A stretch of 64,000 nucleotides of DNA from Rhodospirillales bacterium (lineage in GTDB: Bacteria > Pseudomonadota > Alphaproteobacteria > Rhodospirillales > Casp-alpha2): contig JBNPEI010000001.1 in NCBI GenBank assembly GCA_051117645.1, forward strand, positions 14,717-78,716. Reading direction: 5' to 3'. The translations under genes and the position numbers were made by a program. Below are positions 42,801-52,508 of the stretch, piece by piece. The notes under the pieces are model-generated. The model was given only the letters and a program-made list of their open reading frames with translations. It searched no databases and had not been told where the DNA came from. Every line of letters starts with the position of its first letter. Position 1 is the first letter of the stretch.

Positions 42801-43925
42801 GATTATCTCGGGCTGGAATACCCAACCACTGTCCTTGTTCTCTTCGGGGTCTTCCTGGGCATTGACGAGAAAGAGCGTAACAAGCCGGTCACCATTGGCA
42901 TTCTTGCTGCGAACGGTGCCTTGGATACGGACTTCCGGCTGTGCGGGATCGGGAGCCTGATGGGCGATCTGGCCTTCTTCGATCCGCAACTTGATACGAC
43001 CGCCGCAAGGTATACGCTGCCAGACTTTGGCCTTCGGACCCTGTTCCTCAGCGCCCGTCTCTTTGTTGGTCTTGGTTTTGTAAATCTCGGTTTCGTAGTC
43101 GCGTTCATATCGACCCCAGCGAGCCTCGACTTCAATCTCTTCCGCATCGCCCTCGACGCAAACAGTCATCCCGAAACTCGATGGCACAAGTGACTGGTTA
43201 CTGGCAGCATCTATTTCGTCCATGGCATCGGCTTCCGCATCGACGCGTCCGGTCGCGCCGTCGAACTCCGCACCAGGATCATGCCTGCCTTTATGAACGT
43301 CGAGATCGTCCGGCTCTCCTTCGTCCGCTTCCGATGCCAGCGGACCTTCCAAGCCTTCGATACCACCATTCTCGGTTTCACGCGGCGCAAGTTTTCCGAC
43401 GAGATAACGGTCGCGAACACTCATATCCACGATTTGCTCGTGCGGCCCTTTTGCCGGGCCGAGCAAATCATCCGTGACGGCTAACTGAAGCAATTCACGG
43501 ATATAGGCTTGGTGCTCGACAAGCGGCACTTCGTCAGGCGTCTTACCTGTCAGCTTCACCAGACCGCCAACAAAGTCTTCCCATTGCAAACGACTGATCG
43601 AACCTGATGCTGGTAACGATAGACCAGCGGGTGCAATGGCGGCTTCACTCTCTGCCTGTATCAATTTGTCGAAATAGATAGTCGTGTGCTCAATGTCGGA
43701 CCGTAGCCGGAGGACACTGCCTACTCGTGCAAAATTTCCACCAGGTTCCGCAATCAAAACCCAGTCGCCTTCGGCAATAGCAGAGAAAAGATGTGGCGCG
43801 CCTTCTAGGGTCAGGACGAATTCCGGATATGGAAATTCGCCACGCAGCTCGTCAAGATCAACAGCCACCCAGGCATTCGCGGTTTTCTTTTGTATTGTCT
43901 CCTCTGCCATCGCTCCCCCAATCAA
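39867..43925 (-). CDS. drmA: DISARM helicase (SF2, DEAD/DEAH-like)
   Basis: 1352-aa ORF with motif I FPTGGGKTEAY, motif II IIQDEFHLISGPLG and motif VI region QATSRVGR. It overlaps drmB by 4 nt. Confidence 0.85.
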   Translation of the reverse strand: MIGGAMAEETIQKKTANAWVAVDLDELRGEFPYPEFVLTLEGAPHLFSAIAEGDWVLIAEPGGNFARVGSVLRLRSDIEHTTIYFDKLIQAESEAAIAPAGLSLPASGSISRLQWEDFVGGLVKLTGKTPDEVPLVEHQAYIRELLQLAVTDDLLGPAKGPHEQIVDMSVRDRYLVGKLAPRETENGGIEGLEGPLASEADEGEPDDLDVHKGRHDPGAEFDGATGRVDAEADAMDEIDAASNQSLVPSSFGMTVCVEGDAEEIEVEARWGRYERDYETEIYKTKTNKETGAEEQGPKAKVWQRIPCGGRIKLRIEEGQIAHQAPDPAQPEVRIQGTVRSKNANGDRLVTLFLVNAQEDPEENKDSGWVFQPEIIVRAVEGAADKSVFRRRLAMSLHADDPERDMLEMIYRRQVEFATGHGVAVHAKTEAGETETASEIRTVIMPQYEVPVTETPGLNPEDRPAMRRMVDEGFLDMSDLAAMDRDKLVAALTVLADDYAAWIGDQAARIGSDVSGFDDEAKEAVAKCRLIHERLVEGVNLLADTGNDLALDAFRFANQVMAKQRIHSIYALSRRRGEKVDIADLDIRKNRSWRPFQLAFVLLSLPSLADPHHVDRTKPVEAFADLLWFPTGGGKTEAYLGVAAFAMAIRRMQGDLGGYDGRRGLTVIMRYTLRLLTLQQFQRATTLICAMELERQEAAANDDDRLGTTPFTIGLWVGNKVTPSTTADSHSAIQRIRDPDKFDAGGTSPAQLTSCPWCGSEVSDKRDIEVDKDSLRTKIYCGDKKGRCEFSKGRSSKHAHPGLPVVVVDEEIYHRPPSMMIATVDKFAMMAWRGETRTLFGRATSECPRHGLLWPEASCSGKHPARGGLPSTNAQKIKPIRPPDLIIQDEFHLISGPLGTMVGLYETAVDELSTWAIEGAAIKPKIIASTATVRKAKEQVNNVFMRRVSVFPPSGLDVSDNFFSVQRPIEAIPGRRYMGVCSPGSSRPAMLIRVYTAFLTAAQALFDRFGQAADPYLTTVGYFNSLRELGGMKRLAEDDVQTRCYRVQMSLVDRPGLAQRSVNNVRELTSRVSNRDIPKYLDQLEVKFKAEFDVEAGKYVTKWDEGDARSVDVVLATNMLSVGVDVNRLGLMVVNGQPKGTAEYIQATSRVGRSFPGLVCTVLTWARPRDLSHYETFEHYHATFYKHVEAQSVTPFSPRAMDRGLTGTMLSVLRLENDPFNPNLGAGALDSTGKKEVVDAVDLLSARAWGITQQSGIKTLATDELKERVDEWAKEASKGGRTLAYEKKGKGKDTMVALLKRPGIQAWDNFTVPMSMREVEPGVRLIMNAARIGSEGPAWTPRPTSSDSGEGDT

Positions 43926-46900
43926 CCTTTAGCTCTGTAGAAGGCGTCGTCCCCCACACCCTGTTGTTCCAAATCATCGTCGGCAATTAGATCCGCTAAG
44001 GCCGTATCCAATGTAGAATTGTCAAATCCGGTTCCTTCGAGGATCGCTTGTTTTGGAAGCCATACTCCTCGCTTCTCCTCAATCCACTCATACACCCGTT
44101 CAACAGGTTCAACTGGCATAGGCTTCGGCTTAGGCCTGGGTGATGTGGTTTCGGCCCCGAACAAGTCCGCCTGTAACGACTGTTTCTTGCGGGTCGAAGG
44201 CTTTGTCTCGGATGATGTACTCTGCTTTGCCTTCCCTTTCTTGGCAGCCTTCGAGTTGCCCGTGCTTTGTTCATCATTGAATCGTTCGCGGTTTAATGCT
44301 GAAAGCCGACATAAAATTTCTATACGAGCAGGTTCGGAGATCGTGAAGCGAACACGATCATTTTCAGGAAGATAGTCAACTTCGTGAAAACCGTGGGCGA
44401 GAGGGAGGTCTTCCCAACCGTATGCTCGAGCAACCATCTCATCTATCTGGCGATGTAGGTCACGTAACTCCACGATACGTGCATCAGCTTCTTCTTGATC
44501 ATGAAAACGATTGTAAAATTTTGTTAGCCCGATTTTTTCATCACGCATAACTTCAGCACGAAGCGAATGGCAATGCTCCCCCAAGCGCTCTAAGTCAGAG
44601 CGATCATTGTTTAAGGGAAACGGAAATGTCTCAAATACATCTGTGGGCGTGTACCTCATATCTGACTTCAGCTGAGAAGAGTGCTTCCAAGCATACGCCA
44701 CATGAATCGAAGACTGCATCAACGAAAAGTCTTCATAACGATCAGAAGCGATTATTATGACCTGATCGGAATAAACTGAGTCGTTATCTACGAAAACAAA
44801 AGCTCCTGTTTTGCTAACCCTAGCGCAAACCAAAACCTTCTTCATTGGCCCGGTTTCCCGACCATTTTTTTGTTGTTTCTGTAAGAAAACCTGCCCTCTG
44901 CCTATTGCAGTGTAGAGGCCAGGGCGGTTATTCCAATGTAACCACCACATAGACATGATGTTACGGTAAGAATGTTGTTTAGATTTCTCCATTCGTTCTG
45001 GATAAACATTCTCTTTCAGATGATCATATGGCTCTACGTATTGCCTTGCCTTCTCTTCTGACCAATCCCAGAAATTTATGACCCATCGGCTCGGGTGTTG
45101 CACAGGATCACTATTCAAGTCTTTTCCATTCAAATAAGGAAATATCACTTCCTTGTTTTTTGGATTTCTAGAAACCATGTCTCTGGCGTCTTCTTCGGAC
45201 AGGACAAATCCCATACCCAAGACATAAGAGCCGATAAAAGACCTTCCGGCGTTTGCTTTTAATTGCTGTGGCGTCCATTCTTCCTGGTCTGAAAGAAAGG
45301 CCGATATATAGGCAACATGACGCCCTGTGAGTATGCACTCGCCTTTCCATTCACCTTTTCGAATGTGAACTCGGCTCGTTACCACTGCGGCTTTACCTGG
45401 CCAAACCTCATTTGGATAGGCTGCATATATCGTAGCGCTAAAGTCTCCGAGTAATCTTTCTAGTGCTGCCTGTCGTGTTTCACCTTCAGATATTGAGTTT
45501 GTGGCCAACAAGCCAAAACACGCCTTACTAGCAAGCAGATTGAAAGATCGGTTAAAAAAGTGAGCGACGAGGTCTGTCCTACCCTCTGCCCCAGGCGTTA
45601 CATTGTGGACCAAGTATTCCCTGTATCGTGATCCCATAGCGGTGGAAATGCGTGTCCCCCCTAAGAATGGCGGATTGCCGACGATCGCATTGAACCCACT
45701 ATCATCTCGGCAAAACACCTCTGGAAACTCCAGTGGCCAATGGAAAGCCCGCTTTGATGGCTTACCTTGGAAATGATCAGAACCAAGGCCCTTGCGTGCC
45801 CGATGATTCAAGGCACTGACCTTAGAATCCTCCCCATCCACGGCCCCACCTGCTTCGATTGAGAGAGATGTTGTATCAACATTGCCACCGTTCGCGGCCA
45901 GAACCTCGCCGACGAACGCATTGGCAATTAACTCCGGTAGGTCTAGCGTTTGTCTCGCCTGTTCATCCAAGCTGGCCATTACCTCGACATCCCGAATGTC
46001 CCGGATCGGCCTGCTGCGGAGTTCTGCACGTAGCTTAATCGCCTGGTCGACTGCCTGATCAATCTTCTGTCCGAAGAGTTTCTTGGAACTTCCTTTACCT
46101 GGTCTCATTTCGAGATAGTGGAGCTGTTCTAGATTATGGATTCCAAGCAGGGCGTCGCCGCTTCTAAGGTTATGGTCCAAGAATCCAAAAGGTCGCCCCT
46201 TGGCAAGCGTCACCAACCAAATCGACAGCTTGGCCAATTCAACCGCCAGCGGATTTATGTCCACGCCATACAGACAACGCTCTGCAATCAAACGTCTTGC
46301 TGTCAGCGATCTTTCTTCAGCGTCGTTTCGGAGGGGCTCATACCCATTGACCTTCTCGACGACGACACCTTCTGTAGTGATAGCATTTCCCTTTTTCTCG
46401 GCCTCTTCCCAGGCTTCGACCAAGCGCTCTGACAGCGAGCGGCAAGCTTGCACGAGGAAAGCACCGGACCCCATCGCCGGGTCACAGATTTTTAAGTCAA
46501 GCAACTCGGCAGGTGATTTGAGGGACCATTCCTCGCGCGGCTTTCCCTCCGCTGGCCCGAGATAAACAACGGGTTCCAAAGTCTCTTTGACGATGGCCTC
46601 GGTCAAAGATTTGGGCGTGTAGTGTGTCCCCGTCTCCCGACGATCCGCTCCGGTCGTGACCATGAAAGTATTTTCGGGGTAGACGAGGGGATACCCCCAA
46701 CTATCCATTCGCAAAAAATGGAAGTACGGCTTGATGCGATCCCGCAGCACTTGATCGCCATGACATGCCGTCAGAAGCTTGTCTGAAGCGGCTTCATCGA
46801 CTTTTTTTGTTAGATCGTTTTTCACGCGGCTCGAAGAACTTCCGGTGCGCTCTTCCAATAAAGCCGATAGCGCCTTGTCTCCCTCCCCATCAGCCGCTTC

Positions 46901-48277
46901 TAGCTCGTCGAGAGTAACCCACGGTTTCTTGGATTTCTTGGCCGCGTCGAGGTCCAACGTGACTTCCTTTGTGCGGACCACAGTTCGCTCGAGCAAGCCC
47001 TCATAGACATAGCCGATCTGCTCCACATCAAGCGCCCGATAGGAGAGCGTCCTCCCCTGAAAAAGCTGTACGGCTTCGAGTAACAGCAGCACCGTTCTAT
47101 TATCGATCGGCAAAGGCTTTGCTGGATCGGATTTCCAGTCCGATGCCTTGCCACGTCCTTCGAGAAACGGAAAACGATCCGGATCGAACAACGAGCCCCC
47201 GAGAGCGGGTAACCGCATCGTTTCATGGTCGATACCGCCATAGACGGCCCGGAAGATCGCTAGCAGTCTTGACCATGCGTCTTGGCGGCGTTCCAGGATT
47301 TCTTCGGACTCAGCGCGAAGCTGCATTCGCAGCGTCGATACCGCGTAGTTGGCCTCGTAACGCTCGTCCCCCATCAAAAGCAATCCACGTTCTTCCGCAG
47401 AAAGCAGGAAGACGATACGCATCATGACCGTCAACGCGGCTTCGTAGAGCTCCGATGGCTCTACACCTTCGAGAAGTTCTCGATTGAGATCGACATCGGC
47501 GCGATCGAGACGTTGCACGAGAACTTCGACGGCCCGACGAACCTGCTCGCCAAGCGCATCGGTAACTTCGTCTTGTAACTTCAGGGACTCCTCGAAAAGA
47601 GCCGGAAGCTGTTCACTGGGATCGACAAAGAACCGCCGGATACCGAGAAGATTGACGAAGGCCTGTAAGGTGAGCGGCTCTTGACCCCACAGCCTCGCGT
47701 ACCAACTCGCGAAGGTCGCAGTCGCCCCGACAGGAGCATCAATCAATGTCCATCGTTCGCCATTGGTCACCAGTCCAAGCCGAACGTTTTGAGCACGACA
47801 TAACTCGACCATCCGCTCCAACGGCGTGGTCGCCCAACCATCACCTTTGACGGGTTCATCTAAAACAACATCTGCCGGATAGATGCGGATCAATAGAAGC
47901 GGGCAATCGTCTTTTTGTTCGTCGACCACTGCGTAGTCAGGTCGGAGGGTTATGCCATGCTCCGCGGCTTTATAGTCCAGCTTCCCGTCGAGCTTGGCGA
48001 GTGATTTGAGAACATCCCCTTCACCGTCTTCGTCTAACTCGAGAGCACGCTTCAAAACGAGATCGACCCAAGCTCCATGAAAAGCTGGTAGCTGCGGGTC
48101 TTCGAGATCGATCGCTTCCCGCCACTCGTCATATGCCTGACGAACCGACCGCCGCACCAGAGGATCGATCTGCTCCAAACCTTGAGGAAAAGCCTGATCC
48201 AAGACAGGCTCGGCCAGAAACGGTCCCGATACGTCGACGAGTGAGAGCCATTCGCTATGTTTGCTCGCCCCGGTCAT
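43922..48277 (-). CDS. drmMI: DISARM N6-adenine DNA methyltransferase (Eco57I/type IIG-like)
   Basis: 1451-aa ORF with SAM-binding motif I (DPAMGSGAFLV) and catalytic motif IV (VGNPPFLGG). Confidence 0.85.
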   Translation of the reverse strand: MTGASKHSEWLSLVDVSGPFLAEPVLDQAFPQGLEQIDPLVRRSVRQAYDEWREAIDLEDPQLPAFHGAWVDLVLKRALELDEDGEGDVLKSLAKLDGKLDYKAAEHGITLRPDYAVVDEQKDDCPLLLIRIYPADVVLDEPVKGDGWATTPLERMVELCRAQNVRLGLVTNGERWTLIDAPVGATATFASWYARLWGQEPLTLQAFVNLLGIRRFFVDPSEQLPALFEESLKLQDEVTDALGEQVRRAVEVLVQRLDRADVDLNRELLEGVEPSELYEAALTVMMRIVFLLSAEERGLLLMGDERYEANYAVSTLRMQLRAESEEILERRQDAWSRLLAIFRAVYGGIDHETMRLPALGGSLFDPDRFPFLEGRGKASDWKSDPAKPLPIDNRTVLLLLEAVQLFQGRTLSYRALDVEQIGYVYEGLLERTVVRTKEVTLDLDAAKKSKKPWVTLDELEAADGEGDKALSALLEERTGSSSSRVKNDLTKKVDEAASDKLLTACHGDQVLRDRIKPYFHFLRMDSWGYPLVYPENTFMVTTGADRRETGTHYTPKSLTEAIVKETLEPVVYLGPAEGKPREEWSLKSPAELLDLKICDPAMGSGAFLVQACRSLSERLVEAWEEAEKKGNAITTEGVVVEKVNGYEPLRNDAEERSLTARRLIAERCLYGVDINPLAVELAKLSIWLVTLAKGRPFGFLDHNLRSGDALLGIHNLEQLHYLEMRPGKGSSKKLFGQKIDQAVDQAIKLRAELRSRPIRDIRDVEVMASLDEQARQTLDLPELIANAFVGEVLAANGGNVDTTSLSIEAGGAVDGEDSKVSALNHRARKGLGSDHFQGKPSKRAFHWPLEFPEVFCRDDSGFNAIVGNPPFLGGTRISTAMGSRYREYLVHNVTPGAEGRTDLVAHFFNRSFNLLASKACFGLLATNSISEGETRQAALERLLGDFSATIYAAYPNEVWPGKAAVVTSRVHIRKGEWKGECILTGRHVAYISAFLSDQEEWTPQQLKANAGRSFIGSYVLGMGFVLSEEDARDMVSRNPKNKEVIFPYLNGKDLNSDPVQHPSRWVINFWDWSEEKARQYVEPYDHLKENVYPERMEKSKQHSYRNIMSMWWLHWNNRPGLYTAIGRGQVFLQKQQKNGRETGPMKKVLVCARVSKTGAFVFVDNDSVYSDQVIIIASDRYEDFSLMQSSIHVAYAWKHSSQLKSDMRYTPTDVFETFPFPLNNDRSDLERLGEHCHSLRAEVMRDEKIGLTKFYNRFHDQEEADARIVELRDLHRQIDEMVARAYGWEDLPLAHGFHEVDYLPENDRVRFTISEPARIEILCRLSALNRERFNDEQSTGNSKAAKKGKAKQSTSSETKPSTRKKQSLQADLFGAETTSPRPKPKPMPVEPVERVYEWIEEKRGVWLPKQAILEGTGFDNSTLDTALADLIADDDLEQQGVGDDAFYRAKG

Positions 48278-51200
48278 GGCCGCCCTCCTTCCTTGAGGGA
48301 TTCAGGCACGAAAAAGATCACCGCGACGGGGAATGTGCGTGCTGTGAAATCCTGATAACGCTGATCGATAGCTTCGAGCTCTTGAGCCTTCTCTTCCGGT
48401 ATGCGGGCCAAGCGGGCTTTGAGTGCCTCTGTATCCCGCCTCACCTGCATTCGTTCGTCTTCGGAGAACAAGGCAAGCTGCTCCGGTTCACGCTCTTTTT
48501 TGAGTTCCTGTTCGATCGTGCGGACAAGCTCGTCCAGCACAGAAGCAATGTTGTCGGCTTCCTGCCGTTTACGGTTTTCGAGCGTGTTTTGCAGGGTGCG
48601 AAGACGTTCGTTCGAACGCGCTTCCAAGGCGCGGTGGATGGCGTCTTCGTTCTTCTCGAATCTCTCTGCGAGATCACCAAAAAGACTCTCGTTGGCTTCG
48701 AACGAGGCTCCTTCTTCAAACCACTGATTTACCTGGTTCACCCGTGCCTCGCGGCTGAAGCCTCCGTCCTTCAGAAAGCCGCCAGATACCGTAAGTTCTT
48801 CGTGTAGCCGATGATGCGTTCCTCCGGTCACGACCAAGCGAGATACAACTGCGACCGCTGGTGTATCCAAAAAATTCTCGGCGACACTCCGGACGTCGAC
48901 ACGGTGCAATTTTTTCGTATCGTCCTGCGCCCAAACTTCGGCGCGCATCAAACGCAAACACATTTGGACAAGACGATGGTTCAAATGGATCAAAACGACG
49001 TCGTCACGATTCTTCGCCACCTCGTGGTCGAATGTTATAGGGCGTTGTTTTTGAGTGTGCGGATGGCGTAGACCTTCCAAGCAACGCGCCCATGAACCCG
49101 TAAGGGCGGGCATCTCGAAGACAGTGCCACTTGGTGCACCATCCAACTCGACCGGCTCGAGGCGTGCTTTCTCGGCGAGCGCCAAACCTGTCTTGACCGC
49201 TTCGCATATGCGATCGGGCGTCAGATGAAAGTCTTTCTGGGTTTCCTGAAGCCTCTCGTGAAGCCGGGAAATTCGTTCTTGAAGTTGCCGTTCGGCCCGA
49301 ACGAAACGTCTGGCCTTTGCCGCCCTGGCCTCGGCCTCTCTGGTATCGAGATCGCGGCGCGTCCCTTCGATCAATCCCGCCATCTGCGGGGCTATTACCG
49401 GGTTGACGCTTCCCATATCCGCGCGCATCGCTTCGAGTTTCGTAAGTGCGCGGATGATATCGTCCTTATGCCCCCCCAATTTGTCGCTCTCGGCCTCACC
49501 GCCTTCGACAGGATGCCATATCAGGACTTCTTTTTGCCTTTGGCCATGACGATCGATCCGGCCATTGCGCTGCTCCATGACGTTCGGATTGTATGGGATT
49601 TCGATGTGGATGAGACAGTTACAATAATTCTGTAAGTCGATCCCTTCCGATGCGGCATCGGTGGCGAGAAGAATCCGTATCGACGAGTCCTTTGGATTGG
49701 TCTGGAAAGCGGCTTTTACAGGCTCCCGCTCTTCGTTGGTCATTCCTCCATGAATTACACCGAGCCTATCCCCGCCATACCCGCGAGAAGCGAGAATCTC
49801 GTGAAGCCATTGGTGGGTCGTTCGGTACTCGGTGAATAGGATTACCCGACGATCGTTCCACTCGCCTTCGGGTTTGAGATTGGCCTCTATCCATTCGACT
49901 ATCGCATTGGCTTTCGAATCCATGCGGTGGCTGGCCTTCTCAGCCCAATCCCGCATTTCATTGAGGAGCCTTCTTTCGTCACCGGTCAATGGAGCGGCAC
50001 GTCTGGTGGCGGCTTCTACAGCCTCCGACTGGGCCGCTTCGAACTGTCTGTCGTCGGCATAATCCTCCTCGGCCTTGAGGATGGCTTTTCGAAGAATGCG
50101 ATCCGAAAACGCATCCGGTTCATCTTTCACCTTCTCAGTCGTGAGAGTTTCGAAATGCTTTTCAAGGGTCGTCGCAAAGCTCGCCGGTGACGAAAACAAC
50201 CGCTTTTTGAGAAGGCTATTTACGAATTTCGTTCCGGTGGAACCACTATCTCGACTGGTCTCCTCACGGCTCCGGCAATAAGCGTCGAGCTTTTTGTGAA
50301 TTTCCCGTTCTTCCGCAGTGTACGAAATGGAGAGGGGTTGCAAACTCCGTTTCGGATAAATCGGCTGCCCGTCACTGTCGACAAGATCGGTCTTTAATCG
50401 TCGAACCATAACCTGCGATAGCTGCTTCTCGTCGGGCAGAATATTTCGCGAGAAGCGCTGGTCGTCGAGCAATTCGAGTAGAGACGTAAAAGACTCCGTG
50501 TAGCCGTTATGCGGCGTTGCCGTAAGAAAGAGCCGATGCTGGAAATGCGGGGAGATCGACCTTATTAGACGCGTTCGCTGGCTTTCGAGAGCATAGTGGG
50601 CCGATCCCGCCGGAGCCACGTTGTGGGCCTCGTCGACAACGAGCACATCGAACTTTCGGGGATAGCTGGCACGCACCGGGAGAACGTCGCGCAATGCCCT
50701 TAAAGGCTCTCCTGATTTCAGCCAATCTACTGACGCGATCAATCGCGGAAAGGAAGTCCATGGGTTTGCATGAATTCCGCGATTACGGCGGAGCTCCTTG
50801 ATGTAATCAGTGTTGACGATTTTGAATTCGAGCCCGAATTTTTCGAGCATTTCGGTCCGCCACTTTTCCTGCAATGAGGCCGGGCAGATGATAAATACGG
50901 AACGAGCGCGATGTCTTAGGAGCAGTTCCTGGATTACCAATCCTGCTTCGATTGTCTTACCGAGACCGACATCATCAGCGATCAACAGGTTCGCTCGCGC
51001 CATATCGATGGCCCGAACGAGAGGATCGAGTTGGAAGTCTTCAATGCTTACGCCGCTGCGGAATGGCGCTTGCAGAAAATTTCGATCGGCGTTCGTCGCA
51101 GCTCCCCAGCGAACGGCATCCAGAAACGCTTCTAGCTCTCTATTGTCATCCTGCCCCGTTATAGACGGGAGCCCTGCTTTCTCGATGATGTGAGCACCCG

Positions 51201-51426
51201 GTTCGATCTCCCAAATGACTTCGATTTGCTCGCCCAGCGCATCTTCGTCGATTGACGAAATGGTCACGCAATGCTGCACCGCTTCCAAACCTCGATTTCC
51301 TTCGGATGCCTGGACGTCCGCGACTACCCATTGCCGCCTTCTGACCTCGACGAGCTGTCCCGCTTCTGGCGTCGCCTTTACTTGGTGGAGTTCAGCGGCC
51401 TCGGTTGAAGGCATCGAATTCGTCAT
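48274..51426 (-). CDS. drmD: DISARM SNF2-family helicase
   Basis: 1050-aa ORF with SNF2 motifs (LIADDVGLGKTIEAG, VVDEAHN, LFLTATPHNG, LLATDAASEGIDLQ, YNPNVMEQRNGRIDRHGQ). Confidence 0.85.
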   Translation of the reverse strand: MTNSMPSTEAAELHQVKATPEAGQLVEVRRRQWVVADVQASEGNRGLEAVQHCVTISSIDEDALGEQIEVIWEIEPGAHIIEKAGLPSITGQDDNRELEAFLDAVRWGAATNADRNFLQAPFRSGVSIEDFQLDPLVRAIDMARANLLIADDVGLGKTIEAGLVIQELLLRHRARSVFIICPASLQEKWRTEMLEKFGLEFKIVNTDYIKELRRNRGIHANPWTSFPRLIASVDWLKSGEPLRALRDVLPVRASYPRKFDVLVVDEAHNVAPAGSAHYALESQRTRLIRSISPHFQHRLFLTATPHNGYTESFTSLLELLDDQRFSRNILPDEKQLSQVMVRRLKTDLVDSDGQPIYPKRSLQPLSISYTAEEREIHKKLDAYCRSREETSRDSGSTGTKFVNSLLKKRLFSSPASFATTLEKHFETLTTEKVKDEPDAFSDRILRKAILKAEEDYADDRQFEAAQSEAVEAATRRAAPLTGDERRLLNEMRDWAEKASHRMDSKANAIVEWIEANLKPEGEWNDRRVILFTEYRTTHQWLHEILASRGYGGDRLGVIHGGMTNEEREPVKAAFQTNPKDSSIRILLATDAASEGIDLQNYCNCLIHIEIPYNPNVMEQRNGRIDRHGQRQKEVLIWHPVEGGEAESDKLGGHKDDIIRALTKLEAMRADMGSVNPVIAPQMAGLIEGTRRDLDTREAEARAAKARRFVRAERQLQERISRLHERLQETQKDFHLTPDRICEAVKTGLALAEKARLEPVELDGAPSGTVFEMPALTGSWARCLEGLRHPHTQKQRPITFDHEVAKNRDDVVLIHLNHRLVQMCLRLMRAEVWAQDDTKKLHRVDVRSVAENFLDTPAVAVVSRLVVTGGTHHRLHEELTVSGGFLKDGGFSREARVNQVNQWFEEGASFEANESLFGDLAERFEKNEDAIHRALEARSNERLRTLQNTLENRKRQEADNIASVLDELVRTIEQELKKEREPEQLALFSEDERMQVRRDTEALKARLARIPEEKAQELEAIDQRYQDFTARTFPVAVIFFVPESLKEGGRP

Positions 51427-52508
51427 CAGGCGGCTCGCTCCATTCTTCGTTCGAACTCGTACACGTGCCTGACGATACTTTTACCGATCGCCTCGCCTAG
51501 CTTTACCGGGACAGCATTGCCGATCAGTCTGCCGATCGATTTGCGATATATCGGGGCTCCGGCGGGAACAAATTTATATTTCTTCGGGAAGCTCTGGAGG
51601 ATCGCTCCTTCCCGCAACGAAATCGCACGATCTTGTTCCGGATGGCCGAATCGCCCATTTCCGAATCCATAGTACTGCGTAGTCATGGTCGGAGCGGTTT
51701 CGTCCCATGACATCCTGCCGTAAACTCCAGGATAGGTCTTCCCTGAACTTTTTTTATGGCAAGCAGCAATTAGGCTCTTATCCCAATCTCGCCATGTACC
51801 TCCTGGTTTTGACGCACGGATACGTCTTAGGTTTAGCGGTGAGAGTGAGCACGCTTGATGGAGCGGGTCTGCTTCGCAGATCTCACCCGCTTCAATGGGG
51901 GGCAATCTTCCGATTGCATCGAGTACCGTTACATATTCGTCGGGTTTCTTGGTAGGGCTGATTAACTCAATCGGCGCCAACTTGGATGCCAATAGCACCA
52001 ATCGTCGACGCTGCTGCGGGACTCCATAGTCAGCGCAATTCACAACGCTGTACGAAACGTTGTATTTTTCACGATGCAGGATGGCAACGAACTCTTCGAA
52101 CACTTGCTGAGTCTCAAGACGGGGGACATTCTCCATCGTTACCAAATGCGGTTGGGTTTGATGTATTAGATGACCAAAGGTTTCCAGTAAATGCCATCGT
52201 TCGTCATCAGGGCTCGACCATCCTTGACTATAAGTCGAGAATGGCTGACACGGAGCACATCCTGCCAGCAACGTATAATCAGCATCTTCAAAGGCTCGTT
52301 CAAATTCGGACGCGTCCACGTCCTCAACCGCTTTTTGTATGAATGTGCCGTTATTGTTTCTGGTGAACGGAAACTCACATGCCGGATCGACGTCTACGCC
52401 AAAAACAACGTTGATCCCTGCTGTCTCCAAGCCATGCGTAAGCCCACCTGCTCCGCAAAACAGGTCAATTGCCTTAATACTTCTATGTGGTCTTGGCTTT
52501 CGTGCCAT
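51426..52508 (-). CDS. drmMII: DNA (cytosine-5)-methyltransferase (DISARM drmMII-type)
   Basis: 360-aa ORF with C5-MTase motifs I (DLFCGAGG), IV (GCAPCQPFS), VI (MENVPRL), VIII (QQRRRL) and X (GNAVP). Its stop shares 1 nt with the drmD start (TGATG). Confidence 0.9.
   Translation of the reverse strand: MARKPRPHRSIKAIDLFCGAGGLTHGLETAGINVVFGVDVDPACEFPFTRNNNGTFIQKAVEDVDASEFERAFEDADYTLLAGCAPCQPFSTYSQGWSSPDDERWHLLETFGHLIHQTQPHLVTMENVPRLETQQVFEEFVAILHREKYNVSYSVVNCADYGVPQQRRRLVLLASKLAPIELISPTKKPDEYVTVLDAIGRLPPIEAGEICEADPLHQACSLSPLNLRRIRASKPGGTWRDWDKSLIAACHKKSSGKTYPGVYGRMSWDETAPTMTTQYYGFGNGRFGHPEQDRAISLREGAILQSFPKKYKFVPAGAPIYRKSIGRLIGNAVPVKLGEAIGKSIVRHVYEFERRMERAA

Noticed and set aside
42090-43193. 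367-aa plus-strand ORF inside drmA. Comparable antisense ORFs occur inside drmB, drmD and the membrane protein gene (55122-55880).
   Set aside because: They lie opposite genes with clear helicase, DUF1998 or TM signatures. They have no motifs of their own and no plausible ribosome-binding sites.
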